A stretch of DNA of 64,000 bases, from contig NC_045696.1 in NCBI RefSeq assembly GCF_009834535.1, positions 5,086,001 through 5,150,000 of the forward strand, in the 5' to 3' direction. Position numbers and translations under genes: made by a program. Positions 29,280 through 42,900 of the stretch are shown in pieces; positions within the stretch are counted from its first letter, which is position 1; each line of letters starts with the position of its first letter. The stretch is from Camelus ferus. Its lineage: Eukaryota. A model generated the notes under the pieces. The model did not search any database. It had not been told where the DNA came from and saw nothing but the letters and a program-made list of their open reading frames with translations.

Positions 29280-30560
29280 TGTTTCTCTGTAACCCTGACA
29301 AGCTTAGAGAACCAATCAGTTCTCTATTTCCAACTTCCTACCATCCATGTCTTCTTGGAGATCCCACCACATCCAGCATGTCCAGAACCAAATTCATTCT
29401 TGCCCCTCTTCTCTTTCTGTTTCCCAGTTAAGCTAATGATCTAACAAGATCCTTTGCCCTCTGACCAGAAGCCTTAGATTACCTTTGATTCCTCTTCTCT
29501 CTTTCCACTTGTTGTCTGATTGGTTACCAGATCATTTCTTCATTTACACACAAATCTATGTAGAGCACTACTCTGTGCCAAGGGCTGAGCCAGATTCTGA
29601 GGTGTATCAGTTAGGAGAAGCTGAGTTATGCTGCATAACAAACATACAAAAAAAAAATCTCTGTGATTTACACCAACATACAGCTTTCTTTTTCTTTCAC
29701 ATTTATGTCCATTGTGAGTTGGTGGTTGCTCTGTCCCATGTTATTCTCACTCCAGGAAAAAAAAACCATGCAAGTTTTATGGCAGAGAGAAAGAAATCTC
29801 TGGAGGGTCTGACATAGGCATTAAATACTCTAGCACAAATCACTGGCCAGAATTCATTGCACAGCCTCACCCAACCACAAGGGAACCAGGAAGGACAGTC
29901 TAATACGTACCGAGAAGACAGGCAAACCAGAATTTTTGGAAAATAGCTATAACAACAACCACAGAACTGCAATGACAAAGGATAGAGTGTCTTTCTTTGA
30001 AGAGTTCTTGGTTCTAAGGAGGGCAGAAAATACCAGAGAGTGTCACCATTCTGTGTGATGTGGTAGGTGCAGTAGTACAGGATGACACAGGAGCCAGGCA
30101 AGGGAAGTGTGACTCAGTCAGGTCAGAGGCTGTTACTGAGGACATGTACACAGCCCTGGCTTGTAGGAGGGGAAGAATTTTATCTGATGAAAGGGTTTTA
30201 TGACCAGAGGAAATAACATCTGCAAAGTGACATTGTGTTATGTAGATGCTCTCTCTGCAACGTCTTTTTAATCCTCTCCCTTCCTTTCACTCCCACCGCC
30301 ATTGCCTTGGTTCAAGTCCTCACCTGGGAAACCGAAACTAGGGCAGAAGCCTTTCCACTATGATCCCAACTCCTGTCTGCAGTCTCCATCACTGTCATGA
30401 TTACTCTTCCAGATTCTGTATCCAATCATGTCATTCCTCTGTGCAGACTTCTTGGATGATTTCTCCGTTTTTACCTAAAAATGATCAAAATTCTCAAGAT
30501 GAGTTGTACCCATTTCCACAACTCAGCTCCGACTCCTGTCCAGTCTCATATTCTACTAAC
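29280..30560. mobile_element. Mosaic of old L2 fragments with an MLT1-like LTR piece (~29605-29950)
   Basis: L2-like segments (CAGCATGTCCAGAACCAAATTCAT; CCTCTCCTTCC..CCCACCGCCATTGCCTTGGTTCAAG) and an MLT1-like start TGTATCAGTTAGGA..TTATGCTGCATAACAAAC. Highly diverged. Confidence 0.5.
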
Positions 30561-30592
30561 CTTCCTCTCTCCAAAATCTGAGCCATGCATGT

Positions 30593-30595
<3 letters not shown>

Positions 30596-30638
<43 letters not shown>
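30596..30638. repeat. (GT)~21 perfect microsatellite
   Basis: Seen directly. Probably polymorphic. Confidence 0.95.
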
Positions 30639-30640
<2 letters not shown>

Positions 30641-33600
30641 TGTGATGTGGGGTGTGTGTGTTGAGGGGGTGCCTGGGTATCGGGTCCTCCTCATCTTTTC
30701 CCTCTCATCTTCCCACGTAGAAATGTTTATTCTTAAGGCCCAACTTAAATGCTACATCATTTACTCCAGCATTTCTGAGCACCTGCCATATTCTAGGCAC
30801 TGTGTGCTAAACGCTTTCTGCCTGTGGTTTCCAAACTTGTCCTTTCCATGACTCACAACAGGATCACACCCCAGGACACCCATACAACAAAAGCTTTGTA
30901 AACAAATCTTACACTTACCATACATGATGCACTCTGATGTTTCTGTTCTATTGGATATTTTTTTCTCTTCTTGTATTTTTTAAATGATTGTCAGGCCCAC
31001 TCAACTGCTTCTAGGGCCCACATGTATAAAAATACTGCTTCTCATCAGTGAGTCTGATGGTTAATTGTGCAGGCAGGAGTTGTTAATATTCTCTTCACTG
31101 CACTGGTACTGAAATGGAGATCGTGCAGTCTGGCCAGGGCCACACAGCTCAGCGAGGTAAAGACAGTCTGCAGCCCACAGGGGTCTGAGCTCAGGATCCA
31201 GGCCCCCATCCCGACAGCCTACCGCCTTCCCCGGGGAAGCTGGCTCCGTCTCGCCTCGGGGATCCCCAGCAACCTCTCTTTGATGCAACCATTACATCCT
31301 GCATTACTGTTAGGTGGGGATATTAGTTTCCTGTAGTGGCTTGCCAGTTTCCTAAGTACAGGAACCACAGTTCGTTGCTGCTATACCCTGGGGAATCCTG
31401 GTATTCTGCTGAAAGAGGGGATGTTCAGCAAATGCTATGTTGAGTCAGATTTTATGGATGATGGCTGTGAGTCATCCAGTAGAGGTTAAGTTGTCTAATG
31501 AAGTGGCTGCTTAATAAGGCAGGAAAAGTGTGTTATTTACTTTGGGAGACATCCCATCCCAGAAGGATTTCACTAAAATGCTTTTGAGTCACTGACATGG
31601 ACCTTCTTCCATGGTTCCAGCTCAATGACCTATTGCTGGACCTCTTTTTTTTTCTGTAACAGCAAAGCAGAAAATATAGAAATGCCAAAAGTCACCCAAA
31701 GAATGCACAGTCATATTCCACTTACATGTATGCAATTAATTACGTGTCAGCACATCTTAGCTGAGCACCTCGAGGTGGCTGGCATATCTCAGGCCCTCTC
31801 TGCTCTTGTGATTAACCAGATTTTACCCTAGCATTTATCATCATATGGCTGGGAAAAAACTAGACAAGTGTCCTTCAGACATACCTGCTCCTAAGCCTAT
31901 GAACGCTAACTCTGGTTTTATAAAAATTCCAGGGAAGTATATTCTTGAAGCTTCCCTTGAAATACTACAGTTTATCACGGCCAGTTCTGATGCAATATGT
32001 TCTAAATCTGCTTTAAATTTTTTTATGTTGCAGTTTACATCCACTTAGATTCCAACTTTTTCGGAGAGTCAGGGGAAGTACATCTTATCTTTTATAATCT
32101 GGTTCTTTAAAAGTGGCCCTCCTTCCCCCCTTACCTATCCTCAGTGACCTGGCCAATAACTGACTGCTCAGTATTTCTGTGAAGTCCGTATTTTAATTTT
32201 GTGAAAATCATTCATCAGGGGTCATTCTGTTTCACTGGGCATCAGGTGAAGCTATCCAGTTGCTATAGTTGGTCAAAATCAGGTGGCTCATGCTAAGGTT
32301 GGGAGAAAGCTTAGCCGTTAAAATCCTGAGCCCAGTTTTGCATTTTATTGAACAAAGGGAAGCAGAAGCATGTCCTCAGATGGAATTTCTGTACAGAAAC
32401 AAGCCCTGATACTCTTTTCAGGCCCAGTCTCACAAGATCGTCTGCCCAATTTTGTACTGCAAATTGCCAGTACGTATTCTGGCTTTGCGCCGCCATCCAT
32501 TTGGACTGGACGACCAGTGTGGCTTCTCCACTGCTGCTGACTGCCTCCCAAGTAGCCGCAGATTAAAATGTCCTTTTGATCAACTAGCTTTTGGAGCTTT
32601 TGAAAGATTCCAGCTTTGAAAACATCTTATCTTTTTCACTTGGCCTGATACAGACATGCAGTACTAGTTAAGGAAATAAACGGCTTCAAATCTTTTTAAA
32701 TTAAGACTTAATGGAATGGCTGTTTTTTCCCCAAAGCTGTATATTATACCTATGTTATGTTTGTTACTGAGAATAGCCTATCTCACAATTTTTCTTCCAC
32801 GTGAGAAGTTACGTAATGCTACACTGGTCCTTTTGTGCAAAATTTGTTGAATAGGTGACAGCAGCCAAGTTAGTTAATACAGCACTTTTACAGAGAGAGG
32901 ATTTGTATGGCAGATGGCATGACAAGGCAGAAGGGATGAGCCAAACTGTAGTAAATGGAGGTAATTTTGTTAGAAAGAGACTGGAAATGTAAGCAGCCTG
33001 TGACGTGAGTCTGGCTAATTGGACGATGCCTGATTGTAAACAGTAACACAGAGAAGCTAGTTTCTTTCATATCTTTGCTGGAGATCAACTTTAATTCACT
33101 TGCAAAACATTATAACAATAGTTTTTATATTTGGAAGGCCAAAAAATAAAATATTTTATGTTTGGAAGTCTTCTTTAAAAGTAGCCCATAGCATGACCGC
33201 TGCAGTAATCTCGGTGCAGTACAGAGGAAACCACCAAAAGGAGAAAACAAGCAGCTTTAATGCTCTCTCTGTGAGAGCTGGCACCTTGCTCTGTCCCGTT
33301 AGGAAGACCCTTGTGCTACACTGTCTTCTTCTAGAGGCGAAAGTAGTGAAATCAAATGGAAATCAGATCAAAATGTATTATACACGGAAATTTTAAAAAG
33401 AAGCAAATCTTAAACTGATCCAGCTAACTGCTTATTTGCAACCCAGGCTGTTTCTCCGCCACTAATCGGGAAGATTGATGTGCTCTGAAAGTGTCGTTGC
33501 CCTGTGATGAAGGGAGCTAGCATTTTGTTTATTCTGCTTTAGGGGAGTTTTTTGTTTGTTTGTTTTTTAATCACTGCTGCTAACGTTCCATCCTCAAACT

Positions 33601-34939
33601 CAGAGCATTCAATTTTTTTTTTAAATTGGAGGTTAATAATTAGATTTTAAAGCTTTTTAAAGCACCATATTTCTTTAATAGAATCAGTTTTTCATTAAAA
33701 AGTTAATTGAAATGTTTTTAAAGTGAAATTCCTTTTATATCTGTCAGAAGCGTTGGATAATTTGATCTGAGCAGGCTGTGACTCCACAGTCATTCTCTAT
33801 GCACTTTTCTCTGTTGCATTCAAATAATTTCTAGGTCCTTATTAAACTCACTAACACAACAGACATTTCCTCAGTCCACTCCAGTGGGTTAGTGGGTCCC
33901 AACCCTGTAATGGTCTGACCTGGGATCCCTGGGGGGTAAGTGGAGGAAAGGGTGAGGCAAAGCCCACTCAGACAGCCTGGACCGTCCATCAGGGGAGAGA
34001 TGGCAAGAACAGGCAGAACCATCATCCAAAGTGGAGTAAAGATAAGGACCACAAAGGATGGATGAACAAAGGCCAAATATGACACCTGACTGAGGGAATT
34101 AAATCCAAGGCTTTCCAAGTTCGTGCACTGAACTGCATAGTGTAAGGGATTTGGAGAAGGATTCAGCCATTATTGGGTACACATCCAGTTTTGGAGAAAG
34201 TTACTAAAGAGCATTTCAAGGAGCTCATTGTGGCCAACTTTATTTTATTTACTAGTTAAAAAGTGTCTTAGATGAAAGGAAAAATGATACATCAGCACCA
34301 CAAGACAAGAATAATTCTGGAGTCAAAGTAGGTCTGGAAGACACTGTTCCCAGGCTTTTCATGGGGTGACATTGAAGCACGAGGATGAGACAAACCTTCT
34401 AGGCAACCTTAAATTCTTTTGAGGAGGATTCTGTCGAGTTCCTTAGAAATGCACGACTCCACCCACCAGACCTAAAGCGGTAACGCGGAAAGGCAGAGCC
34501 CTGGGAACACGTGTGTCTGGCTTGGGTGTCACAGGTGTATGCCATTAGCTGCAGTGTCCACTCCGGGTCCACTTTCAGGGAGGAAAACATGTCAGAAACT
34601 TTGTTAAAACTTGCTGGAATATTTTAAAAAAATCAAATGCCTGAAGTTTCCGTTTATTTTCCTATGAATTTTACAAATATGAGTCCATGTCCTTGACTAT
34701 GACAGGGAAGGGAATTGAAATAATTGTATTTCTAGATTTTAGTAGGAGTTTGTCAGCTGCTGTATTTTAATTAACCCTCCATTTGTCAGCCATGATCATA
34801 TCTTGTTCCTTGTGGGGGAGAAACTTACCTTATAATCTATACACTGACATTAAACTCAATAAATGTCTGTGAATTCAAACGCAGCAAGCTACTCGTGAGC
34901 TTTTGCTATCACTAGGCATGGTGGCAAGAGCTTTAGCAT

Positions 34940-35080
34940 GGAGAGGGCACAGCTCAGTGGTGGAGCGCAGGCTTGGCATGCCTGAGGTCCTGGGTTCAAT
35001 CCCCAGTGCCTCCATTAATGAACAAACCGAACAAAACAAACCTAATTGCCTCCTGCAACAATAGCAAAAAGAGCAAAACA
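34940..35080 (+). mobile_element. tRNA-derived SINE (camelid-type), copy 1
   Basis: A box AGCTCAGTGG, B box GGTTCAATCCC, then CAGTGCCTCCATTAA, an A-rich linker and AAACCTAATTGCCTCC. Confidence 0.85.
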
Positions 35081-37087
35081 GAATGCATATATGAACTAGA
35101 AAGTCAGCTTAAACATGATCCAATCCTTGTGTTAGAAAACCTGTTATCCAATAAAAAGAAAATTAGGGAAACATAACCAATGCTATTATACATCATATAA
35201 AATTGAGGAAAATGTTTCAAAGGAAACAGTCTTCACCTTTCCTCTTTCTCAGAACAAGCAGTTTTGGCTGAGCATTAAGGAGAAGGACTTAAACCGATTC
35301 GCTTCACTACCCTGAATGAGCTTCTGACTAATCTTTTCTCCCATTTCCTATTGCCACCTCTTGGACTTGTTGACGATGGTTGAATTATGCACCATCTATA
35401 GTTAAGTAATGCTGTTTAAAACAAACACTATATAATTTCCAGCACCCCCTCTATTGGAGACATCTCATTCCCTCGCATCTCTCAGCATCCCTCTGAAGAC
35501 AGCCTGTCCTGCTCTCTCCTGCAGGGTCCGCGCATGCGCCTCCTTCGCCAGCCACCCGCAGTGACAGCCAGTCCCGGCACAGCCTTCTCTCCTGCTGTGA
35601 GCAGGGCTAGGCCTTTGCCTTTAATCTTGTCACATATGACCCACCAGTCCCTATGGTGAGCTCAAAGGCCCCGACCACCCACAGGTGGGCGTGAACACAG
35701 ACATCACTCAACAAAAATATCCTATTTCTGACTCAGCCTCTTACGAGGCCCAGACATAGATGACAGCCAAAACATTAGACTCAGAAAGGCCTGCAGAGGT
35801 GGTCTCACATTTCCTGTAAGGAAAGAAAGTATTGGCATTTGGGGGACGACTCTCACCTCTCAAGGCCATTGCTAAAATTTCAAGAAAACAGACTCACAGA
35901 AACATCCAGTTACATATATAATGAAGGAAATGAATCAATTCTTCAATTATTTAAATTGTTCAGTCAGTTTTCTGCTTGCCCTTCTGCTGAGGACAGGAAA
36001 ATGGTGCCCAGTTATGGCAGTCATTGGGGGTGTCCTGGCATCGAAGGAGAGCGGCACCTGTGCAGCTGACGTTCCCAGATACCCATGGGAACCCTGAACA
36101 GCTTGACTTTTACTTTCCAGTCTAATCTATAGAGAAAGGTCATTCCACCTGGAGGAAGCTTCTATAAATAAACCTTCCTTTGCTTAAGCTTTTGGTTTAT
36201 CTTCTATATAAAGCGTGGAAGAAGTACCACTGCATAAGACATCGTATTTGTACCATCAGTTTTAGCTAGTCGTTGTGTTTCAGGTAGAAGTTGAACAAGG
36301 ACCAGTTACACCTTATAGACGGGACAGTGATTGAGTTTTAACGAAGAGCTATGCACCCTTCACGGAAAATCCTTATTTTGTGACTATATTTTAATGCTCT
36401 GTTGATGCTGACTGTTCAATCAGAGCAGTTGTTATAATTCACACATCGTTAAGCTTCGTAAAATTAATTTGGCAGCAACGCAGCCTTGGAACGTTGCAGA
36501 ACACAAGCACACACAGTCATGGGATTGTCTCCTCGGTTTTCCAGGAAACAAGCCAAATTCCCTGTGGACTTTTAGAGGAATTAACTTTGCCCATGATTTC
36601 CTAAGGAGGAGACAGGCTGGTGTGCGGGGGGCGGGGTGGGTGAAGGCGGCCCGAGAAGCACGGGTGCCCGCACGGGCGCACACGCCCCTGGTGTGCCCGT
36701 ACCTCTGAGCAGCCCGTGCCGGAGCCCCGTGGCCCCCCTTCAGCCACCCGACACTGGGTTCCTGTAAGTTAGATATTTGATAGTGGGAAATTCTTTGATG
36801 TTATTTTTTGTTGTGGGAACATAGATTTTATGACAATGTAGAGGCCTAGTTGACATTTGTGTCCTCTGTTTAATTGCAGAGCTGGGGCTGCGGCTTTTGT
36901 AGCCTCCTGCCTACATAAGGTTTACTTAGCAGTTCACATGGGTAAACGTGTAGTCCTTCCTGTGTTTGGTGGCTTGTAATTGGCAGTGCGGAGCGTGACT
37001 AGAAGCAGAGCTTGAGCCTCTGCTCGCCCTGGGCTGGCACTGTGACCTCAGAGAGTCGCTTACTCTGTGCCTTAGTTTCCTTGCGAT

Positions 37088-37709
37088 ACGGAGAGGCTGA
37101 GGATTTTCCAAATCTTTAAGTTCTAGTTCCTTTTTGCTTATCAATTCCTGCTTCAATGTATGTCTCTCTTCTCAACTTTTACTACCACTGTCAGTAGAAA
37201 CCAAGCCCCTTTTTCGACACTTTGTTTAGAAATCTCCTTGGCTAAATAGCCAGTTTCATCACTTGGAGCTTTTACCTTCCACAAAATACTAGAACATGAC
37301 CGCAGTTCAGCCAGGTTCTTTGCCGCTTTGCAACAAGGACCACCTGTTCTCCACTGTCCAATAACACGTTCCTGATTTCTGTCCGAGACATCCAAAAATG
37401 GCCCGTACCACCCACATGTCAGCCAGCGGTCTGTTCATGGTAATCTGCATATTCTCTAGGAAGATAGAGGCTCTCTCTCCACCTCCCCTCTTTCTTTCTG
37501 AGCTCTCACCAGAATCACCTTTAGCAGTCCCTTCATGGCAATGTCAGCTTTTTCCAGCATCAATCTCAAAATCTTCCAGCCCCAACCCACTTTCACAAGT
37601 GCCCTTATGAGAGAGGCACTGATCCCACGACCTAATCAGCTCCCAAAGACCCCACCTTGAGAATGTGGTCTCGATATATGAATTTAGAGGGGACACTCAG
37701 ACTACCGCA
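37088..37709 (-). mobile_element. MaLR internal sequence plus partial MLT1A-like LTR
   Basis: TTTTACCTTCCACAAAATACTAGAACATG..CAGCCAGGTTCTTTGCC..CAATAACACGTTCCTGATTTC (MaLR-int), then GACCTAATCAGCTCCCAAAGACCCCACCT..ATATGAATTTAGAGGGGACAC (LTR). Confidence 0.7.
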
Positions 37710-37719
37710 CTTGGACTGC

Positions 37720-39570
37720 TTTTGACAAGAAGTCTGCTGACATCTTTGTTTTTGTTCCTCCATATATAACTTGTCCTTTCTCTGGCTACTTTTAAGATTC
37801 CTCTCTATCACTAGGTTTTGAGTAATTTGTTTATGATGTGCCTTGGTGTGGTTTTCTTCATATTTTTGTGGCTGGGATTTCTTGAGATTTTTGACTCTCC
37901 ATTTTTAGGTTTCATCAAATTTGGAAAATGTTTAGCCACTAATTCTGTCCTGCTTCTCTGCTTCTCTCCCCGTTTAGTGATTTCAGTTACACGTGTGTTA
38001 GGCTGCTTGCTGTTGCCCCAGAGCTCACTAATGCTGTGTTAAATATTGTATTCTGTTTTATCTCTGTGCTTCATCTATTAATATGTCTTCAAGTTCATTT
38101 AACGCTTTTTTTCCAGCAAGATCTAATCTGCTGTTAATCTAATCCAGTGTATTTTTCATCTCACATGTTGTAATTTCGTCTCCCAAGTTTGACTTGGGTC
38201 TTTTTATATCATTCATGTATCTATTTAGGTTTCTTAACATCTATAGTTATAATGCAGCTATAATACATTATCATAGCAGTTTCAACGCCCTTGTCTGCTA
38301 AATCTAATATCTATGTCAATTATGGGTCGAGTTGACTGTTGAATTATGTTTTCTTTATGATTCATTTTTATTTCTTTGCATTTCTAGAATTTTTAACAGC
38401 TTTTGTAAGTTATAATTCACACACCATGAAATTCATACTTTGAAGTGTACAGTTTAGTGGCTTTTGGCTCAGAGAGCTGTACAGCCCCATCTTTGTCTAA
38501 TTTTAGAACATCCACCCTCCTCCCCAAACAACCCGCACCCACTAACAGTCTCCTCCCATCTTCTGCCCCGCCCCACCCCTGGCAGCCACTAATCTACTTC
38601 CTGTCTCTGTAGATTTGCCTATTCTAGACATTTCATACAAGGTAATCATAGACCTACAGCTTCTCGTGCTGGGCTTCTTTCCCTTAGTATAATGCTACCA
38701 AGACGTCTCCAAGTTAAGCATGTGTCAGTGCTTCTCTTCCTTCTAATGCTGAATAATACTCCATTGTATAGATGCAGCACGCTTGTTTATCCATCCATTA
38801 GTTGCTAGATATTTGGGTTATTCACATCTAGAAAATTTGTGTTGAATGTCAGACATTATGGATTTCACCTCGTTGGGTACTGGGTATTTTTATTTCTATA
38901 AATATTTTTGACTTTCATTCTTGGTTGCGGCTACTTGGTGACAGTTTGATCCTTATGGATCTTGCTTTTACTATTTGTTAGGCAGTGCCAGTGCGGTGTT
39001 CAGTCTAGGACTAATATCCCCCACCACCCAGGTGAGACCCTGATGCACTGTAACCACCGGCCCGTGAATCTTGAGGGCTTCCAGCGTGGCTGGTGGGCAC
39101 GGGCACTCTGCCCCGCCTTGTGTGAGTGCTGGGCACTGGGACCTCCCGTCCCTTCAGGTGGCTCTTCCCCTGGCCTCAGATGGGTTCCTCACATGCACAG
39201 ATCCGCTCAGCTGAATACCCAAGTGGGACCCTCTTTAGATCTCCAGGGATATTACTCTGTATGGCGCTCTCTTCCTGTTCCCTGTCCTGTGGACTCCAGG
39301 TCCCTCCCAGTCTCCCAGGACTGTCTTCTCAACCCAGGGAGGCTGCTGGACCCCTCCTGGGTTCCCTGGAAACTCTCACAAAAACGTACAAACCTTGCAA
39401 CTGTAGGCCTCCCCTCATGTATTTCCCGTGTTTCAGGCAGGTGATCACTGTCCTCGCTGGCTGGCGTGCAGTGCCTTTGAAACTGATTGCGTGTATTTCA
39501 TGTGTCCCTTGGTTGTTTCCGGTAGGATGAGGCGTCTGTCCTTGTTACTCCATCCCTGCTGAAAACAGAC
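37720..39570 (-). mobile_element. Old L1M fragments, including an L1MB-like 3' end (~38395-38820)
   Basis: T-rich antisense L1 sequence; CCCCTGGCAGCCACTAATCTACTTCCTGTCTCTGTAGATTTGCCTATTCTAGACATTTCATA is a typical L1MB 3' UTR motif. Confidence 0.7.
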
Positions 39571-39765
39571 GTGCCCCGTAATCTAAAGGGTTAAATTACT
39601 CATTGCTGGTTGTCAAAGCTGCTGCACAAAGAAGGGCAGACTCTGTAGACGCTGCAGAGCCAGCCCTTTAAGAGGAGGATTCGTGGTGGCTTTTGTTTCT
39701 TAAAAGAGATAATACGTTCATAACTGTTCCTTTAGGAAACCCATTTGTGCCATTTGCCTCCTTGA

Positions 39766-39957
<192 letters not shown>

Positions 39958-42900
39958 TGAGGACCTCAGTCCCCACGATCATTTACCATTTTAAGTCCCT
40001 ATTCTCTCTGCAATAAAGCTGACAATGCCCTAAAAATCAAGTAAACCAGAACATCACGTTATCACATCTCAGCCCAGGGGAGAGGGTTGCTGCTCGCCGG
40101 CACTGAGCGTTTGTGCAAACCAGAGAGGAGCCCTCCTAGGAATGGGCCTTGGGCAAAGTTGGCAAAAGGAGCCCCATTCACCCCTTTCCGTGGGTGAAAG
40201 TCACTACGTGGCGGCTTCCTGAGCAGGTTCTGCTCTCTTCATAATCAGGTATCATGCTTCTTAAAGAAAAATGTCGGGCTTTTGGTCTATGGAATTAGAA
40301 ATCTTACAAATATAAGGAGATCATAACCTCTTCTTCTACTGATACGAAGCTGGAAACAGACTTTAAATAATAATAGAAAGTTGCGTTCACCAAAAAACAA
40401 AATGTTCCTAAAAATGAATACAGTATCTTCGCATTGAGATGTGACGCTGGGCCTCCAAAGCCCGTATAGGCAGAGAATGTTCTTACTCAGTTTCTGGTGA
40501 TCGCTACCACGCAGTGTTTAGTGGCCCCCTAAATTAGCACCTGTCACCAGTCACTGTACTTAAAATTCATAATTCCACACCAACAGGAGGTGCCCCTGAT
40601 TCTGGAATACCCCACATGGCCATTTATCACTAATAAAGCTTCTAGGCGCCTGACAGAGAAAATCAACGTTCTGAGGTTCCAGCTTTCCCTCTAAGAGCTC
40701 TTGAGAACTCGCTCGTTGACGTGGTGGCTGCGCAAGGGGCTGCGGCACAGAGTGAGGGGTAGAAAGAGAGCGGCGTCACGTTCTGAGCATAAATACAGAC
40801 AATCAGCACATTGCTGGTGAGGAATGTAAACGGTGGAATTTGGGGTCTGTTTTACTCTTGATATCATGATATCCAGCCACCCCTAGGATACACGCTTTAA
40901 CAGTTAGAAAACAATGATTATCAAAGGGCATAAAGACTGTCGGGTTAAAAAAAAAAAGGAACTGCACTGTGAGATGTAGGGTTGGCAATAGCTGTACCTC
41001 TTCTCTACGTTTGTGTGTTCGATGTTCTCTCACCAGACACAGCCGGGACGGCCCAGCTAATGTAGAAGGTGACAGGCTCAGAGGGGCACAACTGGCACGT
41101 GGCTACTTCTGCAGGAACAGGACTTGTCTGGGGAGGTTAACTGCCATGTGGTCATTTAATAAATCATTTTGAGAGCTCACCGTGTGGCAGGCATTATGCG
41201 GGGGGTGGGGGCATTCAGGGGTGATTTCACCAAGGGAACCTTAGTGGCTGCAGCAGATATCCTGTACATTTCAGTGGCTTCACCGAATAACATGGGCCAA
41301 CACAGGTGTTTCCAGACTGGTGGCTTTCCTGGGTGGCTCAGTCCACACAGTGACTCAGGGATCCAGGCTGCTTCCACCTTGTGATTTGTAGTCCTGGGGT
41401 CCTTTATGTCCAGCCTTGTAGATGGAGAAAGACAGCGTGGAGGCTGGTCAAGGAGGTTTTCACAGGCCGGACATGGACATGTTTACTTCATTTTTACCCA
41501 CATCCCACTGCATAGAGTGAAGCATTGTTGTACCTGTTTTCAAAGCGGAGGGAGCGGGAACGTGAAACTAAGCTGGATGTCCAGAAGCAAAAGGAAACAG
41601 GGCTTGGTGAGCACACAGGAGTCTCTTGGAAAGATTACATAAAGCACAGTTGTTTACTGTCTGCCCTCCTGGGGCTCAAACTTGGGTGGGGAGATAGTCA
41701 GTGAACAAAGCACCACAAAAATGCAGACAGCATTCAGTGCTTTAAAGAAGGCAGTGTAGAACAGACTCCCCTGAGAGCCTTAGAGGCGGTGGATGGACTT
41801 GGCCACACAAGGATGAGTAAATGCAGTTACATGACGAGGGAAGAAAAAGCACCCCAGTGTTAGAAGGCCTCCAGCCTAGAAAGGGTTTAGCGTGTTGGAG
41901 GCGGGGGTACTGGACCCCACGGGCCTGGGGAGGGGAGAGTGGTCTCAGTGAGGCTGGGGAGGAAGGCAGGGGCCTGGCCAGGCTGGACCCTCAAGGCTGT
42001 GGTAGGAATTTCAGGTTCTATTCGAAGTGAAATGGAAAGACAGTGTGGGGCGCCACCCAGTTTGTGTGCACAGGCAATACACTATTTTTCGGAACAGCTT
42101 TAGGCTTACGGAGAAGTTGTGAAGCCAGTAAGCAGAGCTGCCGTGCACTTCGCACCTGCTTTCCCATCTCTGACATCTGGTCGGTCTGGTGCGTTTGTGC
42201 CGTCTCACAGCAGGGGTGGTTTTGAAGACCACGCTGAAGTTCCGGGAATCAGTGGAAGATACGCGGCGGGTGGACAGGGAGGGAGCGGGAATGAACACCC
42301 GGATTCTAGCCCAACTTACCGTAGGTGGAGGCATCATGTATGGAAGAGGATGACCGCAGAGGAAGTGGGCTGTGAGGCAGGTGACAGGAGCTGGGGACAT
42401 CTGGACACGTTGAGGTGACAGAGCTGTTCTCTTGGAGCAGTCTGTGTGGTGGGGGCAAGTCCTGGCTCTTAAGGGACATCTGGCAGGAGGCAGAGATGGA
42501 GAGGGGTCGGCACCCAGACGGGGAGGGGAGAGCCCACCTGTAGGAAGAGGGGGTGCAGAGGATCAGGTCAGGGACAGCTGGAGGGGCGTCCTGGGGAGGC
42601 AGAGGCCCAGGGGCCGGCAGAGGAAAGGGGTCGGGCCAGAGAGGAGGAGGAGGGCCAGGAGGGCAGTGTCAGGCATTCGCCAGAGATGCTTGGAATGAGA
42701 GGGAGTGCTCAGCTAGAGAAGAGTCTGCATTTCTCACAAAGATTCCGGATGCTTCCGTTCCCTGCTCCAGCTTGAAAACCAGCTCTGGTGTGCTCTGTTG
42801 CTCAGTCTTAAAATCTCAGAGGAGGAGCCTGTAAATTCCAGCCACCATAAACGAGCCTTCGTTCCAGAAACCGGGTGTGTGGGGATTAAAGATAAACTGG

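Noticed and set aside
34940..35015. tRNA-like A/B boxes (also at 50512 and 56455) as tRNA genes
   Set aside because: They have A-rich tails, a TSD in one copy and degenerate stems, so they are SINE heads rather than functional tRNAs.
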